Shown here: one piece after another, positions 10,021-19,808 of the stretch
How the letters are laid out: every line of letters starts with the position of its first letter
How positions within the stretch are numbered: the stretch's first letter is position 1
From: a virus
Lineage: Duplodnaviria; Caudoviricetes
Length of the DNA stretch: 64,000 nucleotides
Direction: 5' to 3' (one strand)
Virus record (IMG/VR): IMGVR_UViG_3300032138_000524
Location: 67,841 to 131,840 of that record
Translations under genes and position numbers: made by a program
Notes under the pieces: generated by a model
The model's input: the letters and a program-made list of their open reading frames with translations, nothing else
Database searches by the model: none
What the model was told of the DNA's origin: nothing

Positions 10021-10742
10021 AATATTTATTTGTAATTTATACTGATAAAGAATATAAAAAACATTTAGAGAATTTTAAATGGAAAGATTTTTATATAAAG
10101 ATTTGTAATGACCCGAACATTGAGGTTATAGAATGGGGTGCAGACTATCATACAGATTACAAAGATTTACCAATTAAAACTCAACAGATGATGAAATGGT
10201 GTAGTGAAAATAAGGAATATGATTATTTGATAAAATGTGATGATACTATTTTTGATGATAAGTGGATTCATTATAGTGATAGGATAATATATGAAAATAT
10301 TTTTAAAAATGATGATATAGAATATAGTTGGGTGTGGGGAGATTATTTTGATTCTTCAAAATTTCCAAGAAGTGAGATAGATAAAAATGAAAAATTTTTT
10401 GAACCAAATAAACATTGGGAATGGGGGTTGTTTGGGGCGTGGATTAAAATAAATCAAATCAATAACGATTATCGTGGAATTAATTTGTTGGAATTAGAAG
10501 AAAAGGATTGGTTAGGATTTGAAAAAGACCATGATTCGGTAGATTCTATTAATATTAATTTTATACCAAATGATATTCCGTTTTTTGAAGGAAAATTTTA
10601 TATGGTTTCACGAGATTTTAGTATATTTATAGGTGAACAGGAAAAGTTAGCCAAAGACTTGTCTAATAATTTTCCTGTTGAAGATTTAATGGTAGGTTAT
10701 TTGTCAAATGAATTCAAAAGTATTCGTAGCATTAGCAAATAA
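10017..10742 (+). CDS. Galactosyltransferase-like (GT31-like) protein
   Basis: LPIKT, DYLIKCDDT, G.FYMVS, EDLMVG motifs. Confidence 0.65.
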   Translation: MKYLFVIYTDKEYKKHLENFKWKDFYIKICNDPNIEVIEWGADYHTDYKDLPIKTQQMMKWCSENKEYDYLIKCDDTIFDDKWIHYSDRIIYENIFKNDDIEYSWVWGDYFDSSKFPRSEIDKNEKFFEPNKHWEWGLFGAWIKINQINNDYRGINLLELEEKDWLGFEKDHDSVDSININFIPNDIPFFEGKFYMVSRDFSIFIGEQEKLAKDLSNNFPVEDLMVGYLSNEFKSIRSISK

Positions 10743-11556
10743 AAAATTTATAGAACATTCTAAAAGTCTATTTTATAGTGCTAAAGTAGATGGTAAATGG
10801 GATGGTGATTTTGTGCTTATTGTACCAGAAGAGGACAGGGATACATTTAATGAAAAGGAATTTACTGATAGAGGAGTTGAGATTTTCTTCGGTAAAACCT
10901 TACCTGGAAAACCAAAACCACATTATTACAAATATTATTTGTGGACAGAATACTTTAAGAAATGGGATTGGATTTTTTATTGTGATATGGATGTATTGTT
11001 TTTTAATAAAATAGAATTTGATTTAGAGAGCAGACAAAAAGATATTTTATATGCAAATGATTGTAATGGAACTTGTTTAAAATTTCAATTTGAATATCGA
11101 GATTTTGAAGTAAAAAGATTTAATGAAGAACAACAACAAAAGTATGAATGGATTCAAGAAAATTGGAGTTGGGATACACCATCATTTCAGAGTTGTTTTA
11201 TGTTATTTCATAAAGATTTAATACAAAATAATACATTTGATAATTTAATAAAATTACATAATGAATACTATGTTTATTATGATTTAGTATTGCATGGGTT
11301 GACAGAGGAACAATCTATTTTAAATGTAGAGTTTATAGATAAGTGGAAGAAACTTGGAGATAAATTTTTGAATGCATATTCAAGGGCCAATGAATTGAAT
11401 TGGGAATTTGATAAAATGGATGAGGATTACGAAGATAAAGAAGATTATAGAAGTGATGGTATTGTTGCATTACATTTCTATCAATTTTTTCAGCCTTGGT
11501 CAAAACATAATTTAAAATTTTATCCAATATGGAAAGAGTATAATGACAAATTTTGA
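10708..11556 (+). CDS. GT8-like glycosyltransferase
   Basis: IFYCDMDVL, EQSILN, LHF...QPW motifs. Confidence 0.75.
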   Translation: MNSKVFVALANKKFIEHSKSLFYSAKVDGKWDGDFVLIVPEEDRDTFNEKEFTDRGVEIFFGKTLPGKPKPHYYKYYLWTEYFKKWDWIFYCDMDVLFFNKIEFDLESRQKDILYANDCNGTCLKFQFEYRDFEVKRFNEEQQQKYEWIQENWSWDTPSFQSCFMLFHKDLIQNNTFDNLIKLHNEYYVYYDLVLHGLTEEQSILNVEFIDKWKKLGDKFLNAYSRANELNWEFDKMDEDYEDKEDYRSDGIVALHFYQFFQPWSKHNLKFYPIWKEYNDKF

Positions 11557-12802
11557 TGTAAAACACGGTGAGTATATATCTTATAATGATTATGGAAAAG
11601 TTACCAAAATAGAATGGTATACACATGGACATTTTGATTGTGAATTAGATGTTACAGATGGTGAACATTCTTATAATCACGGTGATGACCAACTTTGGCA
11701 AAAATATACTCTGATAAATGGTAAACCAGATGGTGATTGGGTTTTGTATCATTCTAATGGACAGATGAGTATTTATAGGAAATATAAAAATGGTTCAAGA
11801 GAAGGAACTTGGAAGTCTTGGCACGATGATGGAAAACAATGGGACGAACAAACTTATGTGGATAATAAAAAAGAGGGACAATCTAAAAGGTGGAGATATG
11901 ATGAAGTACCAGAATACTCAGGTCAATATAAAAATGATAAAAAAGAAGGAAAATGGACTGGATACTATGAAACTGGATTTAGAGAATATGTAGGAAAATA
12001 TAAAAGTGGTAAGAGAATTGGTAAATGGACTACATATCATAATAACAAGGATAGTAAAATATATTCAAAAGTTTTCTTTGTTAATGATAAACAGGAAGGA
12101 GAGTATTTAGAGTATGATATTCAAGGTAATATTAAAGTGGTTGGTAATTATGAAAACGATAAAAGAGAAGGTGACTGGAGATATAGAAGAGATGATGTAG
12201 ATGAATTAAATAATGATAATTTATGGAAACGAGAACAATATAAGAATGGATTATTAGATGGTTTATATAAAGAAAAACATCCTACAGGACAAATGTGGAA
12301 AAATTATAGATATAAAAACGGAAAATTACACGGTGAATGCACAGAATATAATATGTTAGGAAACCTATCGAGTGTTAAACATTGGCTGTTAGGGACTAAG
12401 AATAGAAAATGGTGGATTTATTATTCAAACGGATCAACTAAAGAAACTTTTATATATAAGATGGGAGTTTTGAATGGAAAGGCATTGAAATATTATCCAA
12501 ATGGTCAAATTTTATCAGATAAATCGTATAAGAGTGATAAATTGAGTGGAGAGTATATAGAATATTATATGCAAGGTAGATCACGATCACAGGGAGTCAT
12601 GGTAGAAGATGAGATGGACGGTAAATGGAAATTTTGGCATCATAATGGTCAAATGGAATGTGAACTTGAATGTCATCATGGAGAAATTATTGAGAGTAAA
12701 GTTTGGGATGATGAGGGCAATATAAAAGAGGAACTACAGAGAGTGAAATTGTCTGAAGATCCTAATTTTTCAGGAAGAAAAACTACCAGAAATTTAAAAT
12801 GA
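11543..12802 (+). CDS. MORN-variant repeat protein (YwqK-like)
   Basis: Many G.W..Y..NG / Y.NG...G repeats. Confidence 0.85.
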   Translation: MTNFDVKHGEYISYNDYGKVTKIEWYTHGHFDCELDVTDGEHSYNHGDDQLWQKYTLINGKPDGDWVLYHSNGQMSIYRKYKNGSREGTWKSWHDDGKQWDEQTYVDNKKEGQSKRWRYDEVPEYSGQYKNDKKEGKWTGYYETGFREYVGKYKSGKRIGKWTTYHNNKDSKIYSKVFFVNDKQEGEYLEYDIQGNIKVVGNYENDKREGDWRYRRDDVDELNNDNLWKREQYKNGLLDGLYKEKHPTGQMWKNYRYKNGKLHGECTEYNMLGNLSSVKHWLLGTKNRKWWIYYSNGSTKETFIYKMGVLNGKALKYYPNGQILSDKSYKSDKLSGEYIEYYMQGRSRSQGVMVEDEMDGKWKFWHHNGQMECELECHHGEIIESKVWDDEGNIKEELQRVKLSEDPNFSGRKTTRNLK

Positions 12803-13833
12803 AAATTAAATATAAAAAAGTTCTGAATAATGAAAGTGCAATAGAAATTGATGGAAAGGTAGTGTTGGCATTTGATCCACGATATAAAGAATATTTGAAA
12901 TGGAAAAATAATAATCCTGATTTAGAAGAACTTTTAGTAGATAATTTAAAACAAGAAACAAAGAATAAAGAATTATATAATAATGGCGCACCCCATGTTA
13001 ATAAAGATAAAAATGGAAAACCGATAGGTAAATGTATATTTTATTTTAAAAATGGACAGAAGAAATGGGAAGGTTATTATAAAGATTATGTTTTAGAAGG
13101 TGAAGTGATTCAGTATAGAGAAAATGGAATTTTAATATCAAAGGAGACTTTTGTAAACGGAGAAATGATAGGACCGTATGAATATTATTATAAAGATGGT
13201 AAATTAAGACAAACTGGACTTATTAAAAATCATATAAAAGAAGGAGAAATTAAATCGTATCGACAAGATGGTAATATAAAAGTAATAGAAAATTTTAAGA
13301 ATGGACTTAGAGTTGGTGATATAAAAAGATATATATCAGATGGTAAAGTGATTATGTCAGGACAATATAGTGATAATTATAAAATAGGAGAGTGGATATG
13401 GTATTATCCCAATGGACAAGCAAAGAATCGAGAAGTATATGAGATTAGAGTAGGTTTTCCTGTTCCTATATTAGTAAAGGTTACTAATTGGCTTGCAAAT
13501 GGTCAAAAGATTATAGAAGATGAAAGGGCTGTGTCAATGATGGGTTCTCTTCTTGATGTTTGGAAACATACTGGTAGATATTCGAGTGGAGTTAGGAAAT
13601 ATGATATAACTTATCTGGATGGAAAGTTACACGGTAAGTGGGTGGGGTGGTATAACAATGGTATAAAAAGATCAGAAGGTAATATGCAATATGGTGAGAT
13701 GAGCGGAAAATGGACATTTTGGTGGCCTAACGGACAAAAAGAATTAGAATGTGATTTTGATTTTGGAAATCCTGTTGGTAGTGTAAAAATATACCATGAT
13801 AGCGGTGTATTAAAGAAAAATATAAATTTTTGA
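12799..13833 (+). CDS. MORN-variant repeat protein with shared N-terminal domain
   Basis: MORN-variant repeats; N- and C-termini paralogous to the next gene. Confidence 0.85.
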   Translation: MKIKYKKVLNNESAIEIDGKVVLAFDPRYKEYLKWKNNNPDLEELLVDNLKQETKNKELYNNGAPHVNKDKNGKPIGKCIFYFKNGQKKWEGYYKDYVLEGEVIQYRENGILISKETFVNGEMIGPYEYYYKDGKLRQTGLIKNHIKEGEIKSYRQDGNIKVIENFKNGLRVGDIKRYISDGKVIMSGQYSDNYKIGEWIWYYPNGQAKNREVYEIRVGFPVPILVKVTNWLANGQKIIEDERAVSMMGSLLDVWKHTGRYSSGVRKYDITYLDGKLHGKWVGWYNNGIKRSEGNMQYGEMSGKWTFWWPNGQKELECDFDFGNPVGSVKIYHDSGVLKKNINF

Positions 13834-13835
13834 AG

Positions 13836-14468
13836 ATGAAGTATAGAAAAGTTCCAAACAATGAAAATGCAATAGAGATTGATGGAAAAATTATTTTATC
13901 ATTTGATTCACGGTACAAAGAGTATTTAAAATGGAGAGATGAAAATCCAGATTTAGAGCAACAATTGATAGTTGAGTTAAAACGAGAAATAGAAAATAAA
14001 AGATTATATAATAATGGTGCACCACACAAGGAAGATAATGTTTGGAAGTGGTTTCATGAGAATGGACAATTAAATTTGATTTGTGAAATGAAGAATGGTA
14101 AAAAAGATGGTGTAGAAAAGGGGTTTTATGATAATGGAGATAAGATGTCTATTGTTCACTATAAAAATGGCAAAAAACATGGAAAATTGAAATTTTATCA
14201 TCAATACCAAGATTTAGTAGTTAAGAATAACAGAGTTGAAACTTACAAAGATGGTAAACTTTATGGAGAATACATTGATTATCATTTAAATAGTAAAGAA
14301 AGAGCAAAAGGTAATATGTTATATGGTATGATGGAAGGTAAATGGACATTTTGGTATCACAATGGAAAAAAAGAATTAGAATGTAAATTTGATTTTGGAA
14401 ACCTTGTTGGTAGTGCAAAAATATATCATGATAATGGTGTGTTAAAAAAAGAAGTAAGTTTTGAGTAA
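13836..14468 (+). CDS. MORN-variant repeat protein with shared N-terminal domain
   Basis: Paralog of 12799; start could be TTG 13830. Confidence 0.85.
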   Translation: MKYRKVPNNENAIEIDGKIILSFDSRYKEYLKWRDENPDLEQQLIVELKREIENKRLYNNGAPHKEDNVWKWFHENGQLNLICEMKNGKKDGVEKGFYDNGDKMSIVHYKNGKKHGKLKFYHQYQDLVVKNNRVETYKDGKLYGEYIDYHLNSKERAKGNMLYGMMEGKWTFWYHNGKKELECKFDFGNLVGSAKIYHDNGVLKKEVSFE

Positions 14469-15654
14469 AAATAAATTATTGAAAATACTGAAATCAAATA
14501 ATATTGATATAGAAGTATTAAAAAATAATAATGTATGTTTAATGGGTGGATCTATTTTAAGGTTAGTTATGGGATTACCATTAGATACAGATTTGGATTT
14601 TTATTTTGTAGATTATGAAAGTTATAAAAAAGTAGATAGTTACTTTAAGAATAATTTTATGTGTATTGGAGAATCAAATTCGTGGAGAAATTATAAATGT
14701 AATGATCTAACTGTACAACTTATATGGAATAAAGACGCGGAGTGGGGAAAGGGAAGTTATGATGATGTAGTTTCAACTTTTGATTTTACTATAACTAATG
14801 GTGGTTTTGAGTTTAAAAATGAAATATTTAGATATTCAAAAACATATTTTGATGATATAGAAAATAAAAAATTGATTCCCAATTATTGGCCCTTTAGTGA
14901 TCACAATAATCATACTACTGAACAGCTACTTTTTAGAATACAAAAATTTAAGAAATTAGGATTTAAAATTGAAAGTGATTTATTGAATAAAATTAGAAAT
15001 AAACCTACAGTAACCGATGAGTTTAATCAGAGAGTAGTAAAAACAAGTTGGTTAAGGAATGAAGAAGTTTATCCTATTGTTCCTAATATTGATGTATTTG
15101 TTAATTGGTTAATGGATATAAAAGACCATCCGAGTTTAGGTAAGTTCAATGTTTATCTATGGGGTGGATTTATATTTCGACCATATGAAACTAAAGATAT
15201 TGATGTATTAATAACAAAAAGAGATGGTCAACATGCTACACTTAAAGAACTTGAAGAATTAATGGTAGATATGTTTAATTTAGCCTATGATACTCACGGA
15301 TTTTTTCTTGATACTCATTATATGAGAATACCACAATGGATTGGTGATTATCCACGAGTTAGAAAAGTTTTAAAGTTGGTAGAGAAAAAACAATTATTTA
15401 TAACGATTACAAAATATGAAGATAAAGAAATAGTTTGTAAATATAGAAGATATGGGTTATTAAATTGTTCTTATACAGGTAGTTTTACTTTACGTGGAGT
15501 AGAACCATCGAGTTTAATACATAGATGGGTAGATTTGAATGGGAATTATGCAAGAATGGTAGATTTAAGAAAGATTATAAAGTATTATGAAAATAATAGA
15601 GAAAGAAATATAGAAGATTTTTTGAATAAGTTCCAAGAATATTCAGGTTATTAG
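14461..15654 (+). CDS. Protein with two Pol-beta-type nucleotidyltransferase domains
   Basis: GGSILR...TDLDFYF and VYLWGG...KDIDVLI, two GG..DxD motifs; first domain also has FDFTI. Confidence 0.7.
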   Translation: MSKNKLLKILKSNNIDIEVLKNNNVCLMGGSILRLVMGLPLDTDLDFYFVDYESYKKVDSYFKNNFMCIGESNSWRNYKCNDLTVQLIWNKDAEWGKGSYDDVVSTFDFTITNGGFEFKNEIFRYSKTYFDDIENKKLIPNYWPFSDHNNHTTEQLLFRIQKFKKLGFKIESDLLNKIRNKPTVTDEFNQRVVKTSWLRNEEVYPIVPNIDVFVNWLMDIKDHPSLGKFNVYLWGGFIFRPYETKDIDVLITKRDGQHATLKELEELMVDMFNLAYDTHGFFLDTHYMRIPQWIGDYPRVRKVLKLVEKKQLFITITKYEDKEIVCKYRRYGLLNCSYTGSFTLRGVEPSSLIHRWVDLNGNYARMVDLRKIIKYYENNRERNIEDFLNKFQEYSGY

Positions 15655-15657
15655 AAA

Positions 15658-16083
15658 ATGAAAAAATACTTTGAATTAGCACAAAATATAGCAGATATTT
15701 TTTCTCATGATGAAAAAACAAAGGTTGGAGCAGTCATTTTAAGTAGAGAGAACCTTGACATATTATCTGTTGGGTATAATAGGTTTTCTGATGTTGATGA
15801 TGAAAAAACAATAACATTATTAAATAAATCACCGAGAAAATATAATTTAATTTTACATGCTGAACGTATGGCAATAGAAAGAGCGAAAAAATATGGTTTA
15901 CCAGTAGATAATAATATAATTATAACTACACTATTCCCTTGTTGGAACTGTGCAGAATTAATTGTTAAAAATAAATTATCAAAGGTTTTTACTTATAAAA
16001 GACCACTCAGGGGATCTTGGTGGGATGATGAGCCTGTTTTAAAGTTATTTAAAAATAATAAATTGGAGATATATTATGATTAG
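15658..16083 (+). CDS. dCMP deaminase-like Zn deaminase
   Basis: KVGAVI, GYN, HAE, PCWNC. Confidence 0.85.
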   Translation: MKKYFELAQNIADIFSHDEKTKVGAVILSRENLDILSVGYNRFSDVDDEKTITLLNKSPRKYNLILHAERMAIERAKKYGLPVDNNIIITTLFPCWNCAELIVKNKLSKVFTYKRPLRGSWWDDEPVLKLFKNNKLEIYYD

Positions 16084-16993
16084 TTTTATTATACCTTTTT
16101 CTACGATAGAAAAAGATAAATTTTTAAACTTAAATGAAAAAGATTCTATATGGGAAGAAAATGATTCTGCTAGTATAATTTTTTCTACAATAAAGACTAT
16201 TAAGAATATTAATACTCTTAAATGTGAAAAGGAAATTTTATTAGTAGATAATAGTCATACATTTCCCGATATAGACTTACCAAATGTGAGAGTAATTAAA
16301 GGATTACAAGCGCTTCCACTCAAAGAACTTGAGAAGATTCCACAATTTATGAACCATAGGGATATACAGTTAAGTTTGGATAATCTTGGTTGTTTGACTA
16401 TGTGGGTATCTATGGCTTTTCACTTGGGAATACAAAAGTCAAAGGGCGATTATATTGTTCTACAACATAATGATACTTTTTATCATCAAGATTGTATTGA
16501 TGAAATGATTGAACATATGGATAAAGAAGAACTCGAATATATTTCAGTCGATAATAAAAAAATATGGATTTCAACTTATCTTTTAAATAAAGAATTTTTG
16601 GATAAATATATTAAAGAGTATTCTTCACAGCCAGTAGTAATACGACCAGAAAATGGAGGATATATAGGAACTAAAAAAATTGGATTTGCAGATGCGTATT
16701 TTTTCTTGTGTAAGAGAAAGTTCTTTGATAATTATAATATAGACTGGTATTATGGAGATACCAATCATGGTGCAACTATTTATTGTCTTGATAATGATTT
16801 AAAATATCTTCATTTGGGTCCTTATTATGATAATCCAAATTGGGAAACAGAAGATACGTTACATACATATTTCTATAAGGATGAGCCATTTCTAACTCAT
16901 CTTAAAGGTGGATTTTCAGAACATAAGATGACATCACCTGATTTTGAAGAAGAATTTAATAAATATTTAAAGGAATTAAAAAGTGCAAATTGA
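16076..16993 (+). CDS. GT2/GT-A glycosyltransferase-like protein
   Basis: ISFIIP, EILLVDNS, GIQKSKGDYIVLQHND. Confidence 0.7.
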   Translation: MISFIIPFSTIEKDKFLNLNEKDSIWEENDSASIIFSTIKTIKNINTLKCEKEILLVDNSHTFPDIDLPNVRVIKGLQALPLKELEKIPQFMNHRDIQLSLDNLGCLTMWVSMAFHLGIQKSKGDYIVLQHNDTFYHQDCIDEMIEHMDKEELEYISVDNKKIWISTYLLNKEFLDKYIKEYSSQPVVIRPENGGYIGTKKIGFADAYFFLCKRKFFDNYNIDWYYGDTNHGATIYCLDNDLKYLHLGPYYDNPNWETEDTLHTYFYKDEPFLTHLKGGFSEHKMTSPDFEEEFNKYLKELKSAN

Positions 16994-17903
16994 ACATACC
17001 TTATGGGTAGAAAAATATAGGCCCATATCACTTGATACTTACATTGGAAATGAACATCTAAAAAGTAAGGTTAAAGTGTATTTGGAGAGTGGAGATTTAC
17101 CACACCTTTTACTTTTTGGGAAGGCTGGTACAGGTAAGACTACTCTCGCAAAATTACTTGTTAATAACATAGATTGTGATCACTTGTATATAAATGCATC
17201 AGATGAGAATAGTGTAGATACGGTTAGGGATAAGGTTAAGAGTTTTGCATCTACACTTGGTTTCAAGGATATGAAAATTGTTATATTGGATGAGTGTGAT
17301 TATATTACACCAAACGCTCAAGCTGCATTAAGAAACCTAATGGAAACATTCAGTAAACATTGTAGGTTTATATTGACTTGTAATTTTGTAGAAAGAATTA
17401 TTGACCCGATACAATCTCGATGTCAATCTTTTCAGGTTATTCCACCCGATAGGAAACAAGTTGCAATTCACCTTAGTAATATATTGACAAGTGAGAATGT
17501 AGAAAGTGAAGTTAGTGATATTGCACTTTTAGTGAATAGTGGATATCCCGATATAAGACGAGTTATCAATTCTGCACAACGACAATCTATTGATGGTAAA
17601 TTGACAATAGATAAACAGAGTATAGTAGAGAATGATTATAAATTAAAGTTATTAGAGATATTAAAGAAACAAGATAAAGCAAGTGCATTTAAAAATATCC
17701 GACAGTTATTGGCAGATAGTCAAGTTAAGGATTATGCAGACTTATTTAGACTACTATATGATGAAGTAGATAGTTATGGTAAGGGACATATAGCTGAATG
17801 TATCTTGGTTATAGCAAAGTATGAATTAAGTGATAGTCAGGTAGTTGATAAAGAAATCAATGCTATGGCTATGATAATAGAATTATTAGGAGTTATAAAA
17901 TGA
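16983..17903 (+). CDS. Clamp loader ATPase subunit (RFC small / T4 gp44-like)
   Basis: LWVEKYRP, GKAGTGKTT, NASD, DECD, SRC motifs; GTG start. Confidence 0.95.
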   Translation: MQIEHTLWVEKYRPISLDTYIGNEHLKSKVKVYLESGDLPHLLLFGKAGTGKTTLAKLLVNNIDCDHLYINASDENSVDTVRDKVKSFASTLGFKDMKIVILDECDYITPNAQAALRNLMETFSKHCRFILTCNFVERIIDPIQSRCQSFQVIPPDRKQVAIHLSNILTSENVESEVSDIALLVNSGYPDIRRVINSAQRQSIDGKLTIDKQSIVENDYKLKLLEILKKQDKASAFKNIRQLLADSQVKDYADLFRLLYDEVDSYGKGHIAECILVIAKYELSDSQVVDKEINAMAMIIELLGVIK

Positions 17904-18073
17904 GAAGATTTCCCCCAGAACCAAAGACAAGGGATGATCATATTTGGGAATTAGAAAATCAATTATTTGATTTATTTCCACTTTGTAAAGATAAAGATAA
18001 GGCAAGTAGATTGTTAAATGAGATTATTCAACATTTAGTTATTAGAACTGATAATATATTTAAGGGAGCGTAA
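17900..18073 (+). CDS. Small hypothetical protein, 57 aa (MRRFPPEPK...FKGA), not in ORF track
   Basis: ATGA overlap with upstream stop, AGGAG upstream, fills the gap to the next gene. Confidence 0.6.
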   Translation: MRRFPPEPKTRDDHIWELENQLFDLFPLCKDKDKASRLLNEIIQHLVIRTDNIFKGA

Positions 18074-18074
18074 A

Positions 18075-18692
18075 ATGATAGATGAAAAGCATTGGGGTGA
18101 AAAGAAACCACCTGCTAAAAAAGACGTACAGCCACCTAATAGTGGTAAGCCAGAAAAACATATAGCAGTTCATGAGAATAAGATTTATTATTATGCTGGT
18201 GTGAATAGGGAAAGTGCAGCAGAATTAAATAAAAAGATAGGTGAATTAGAAACTAAATGTTTAACACTATGTCATAATTTAGATTTGGAAAAACCACCAA
18301 CACTTAAAGTATTGATAAATTCAGGTGGTGGTTCAATCACCGCTGGTATTTCTTCAATGGATACTATATTAAGATGTAAAGTTCCAGTTGAAACATATGT
18401 AGATGGATTTTGTGCAAGTGCGGCAACATTTCTTTCAGTAGTTGCAAGTCATAGACTTATGAGTAGAAATTCTTATATGTTAATTCATCAATTATCTACA
18501 AATTTTTGGGGAAAGTATTCGGAGTTTGAAGATGAAAAACAGAATCTTGATTTAATGATGGAAACGATTAAAAGGGTGTATAAGGAATTTACAAAGGTTC
18601 CCGAAAAGAAACTTGATGAAATATTGAAACATGATTTGATGTGGGATGCAGAAACTTGTTTAAAATATGGATTAATTGATGAGGTAATTTAA
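18075..18692 (+). CDS. clpP: ClpP-like serine protease
   Basis: INSGGG, CASAA (Ser), LIHQ (His), YGLIDEV. Confidence 0.9.
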   Translation: MIDEKHWGEKKPPAKKDVQPPNSGKPEKHIAVHENKIYYYAGVNRESAAELNKKIGELETKCLTLCHNLDLEKPPTLKVLINSGGGSITAGISSMDTILRCKVPVETYVDGFCASAATFLSVVASHRLMSRNSYMLIHQLSTNFWGKYSEFEDEKQNLDLMMETIKRVYKEFTKVPEKKLDEILKHDLMWDAETCLKYGLIDEVI

Positions 18693-19495
18693 TGAATGTA
18701 TTAGTTATAGGGGATAGTTGTAAGGATGTTTTTATCTATGGAGATATAGAAAGAATAAGTCCTGAAGCACCAATACCAGTTTTTAAACCAACAAGTGAAG
18801 AATCAAATGGTGGTATGGCAAAAAATGTTGCAGATAATGTTGAATCATTAGATATGCACATTCATACTGTAACAAATAAAAATAGTATTACAAAGATAAG
18901 ATTTGTAGAAAATCGTTCCAGCCAAATGGTTTTAAGAGTTGATGAACATGATTATTGTGATAGAATTGATGAATCTTTGTTAGAAGGTCTTGTAAAAAAT
19001 AAATTTAAAAAACCACCATTTGGGTTTGATTCACGTAGAGAAGATTATTATGATGCAATTATTATTTCAGATTATTGTAAAGGGTTTTTAGAAGAATCTG
19101 ATATTCAACATATTTGTAAATATAATAAAAATGTATTCGTGGATACTAAAAAGAAACTTGGTGAATGGATTAACGATGCAGATTTTATTAAGATAAATGA
19201 GTTAGAATACCAGAAGAACCACGAACTGTTATCAGAAAATGGATTTGAAGAAAAACTTATTGTTACATTAGGCAGTAAAGGATGTAGATACAATGGAAAA
19301 GATTTTCCAGTAAAAGAAGTTCCTGTAAAGGATGTGAGTGGAGCAGGAGATACATTTATTGCAGGATTAGTTCGTGGTTATTTAGATACACAAGATATAG
19401 AAAGTGCAATAGAATTTGCACAAAAATGTACAACATTTGTTGTCCAACAACATGGTGTTGCAACAGTTACATTAAAGGAGATAGAAAATGGCTAA
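18692..19495 (+). CDS. rfaE: Heptose-7-phosphate kinase domain (RfaE/HldE domain I, PfkB family)
   Basis: RISPEAPIPV, GGMAKNVA, SDYCKG, DVSGAGDT. Confidence 0.85.
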   Translation: MNVLVIGDSCKDVFIYGDIERISPEAPIPVFKPTSEESNGGMAKNVADNVESLDMHIHTVTNKNSITKIRFVENRSSQMVLRVDEHDYCDRIDESLLEGLVKNKFKKPPFGFDSRREDYYDAIIISDYCKGFLEESDIQHICKYNKNVFVDTKKKLGEWINDADFIKINELEYQKNHELLSENGFEEKLIVTLGSKGCRYNGKDFPVKEVPVKDVSGAGDTFIAGLVRGYLDTQDIESAIEFAQKCTTFVVQQHGVATVTLKEIENG

Positions 19496-19808
19496 AAGAA
19501 AAGCACCACCCCAACCACAAACAGAAGTTCAAGTGGATTTACAAAAGGCGGATACTATAAAATGTGATGATTGTGGAAATTATCTTTTCATTACATCACA
19601 CGTAATTAAAAGGATTTCGCCAATTTTATCACCAACGGGTAAAGAAGCACTTGTACCAGTTCAAGTTTATAGTTGTGGTAATTGTGGTAAAGTTCCGAAG
19701 ATGTTTTTAGAAGGGAGTGGATTGGGTTTAGATGAAGAAATCAATAAACCAAAAGAAGATGCACTTTCACGACCAGATTTAGAATGGGCCGACAGTAAAG
19801 GAATTTAG
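19488..19808 (+). CDS. Zn-ribbon hypothetical protein
   Basis: CDDC and CGNC pairs. Confidence 0.65.
   Translation: MAKRKAPPQPQTEVQVDLQKADTIKCDDCGNYLFITSHVIKRISPILSPTGKEALVPVQVYSCGNCGKVPKMFLEGSGLGLDEEINKPKEDALSRPDLEWADSKGI

Noticed and set aside
13680-14460. Diversity-generating retroelement TR/VR pair in the MORN C-termini
   Set aside because: Differences are not confined to adenines, both copies are coding, and no reverse transcriptase is in the window.
11543-14468. Toxin-antitoxin locus based on the YwqK label
   Set aside because: MORN-variant repeats are generic and no recognisable cognate toxin (LXG/nuclease) is adjacent; kept only as a minor hypothesis.
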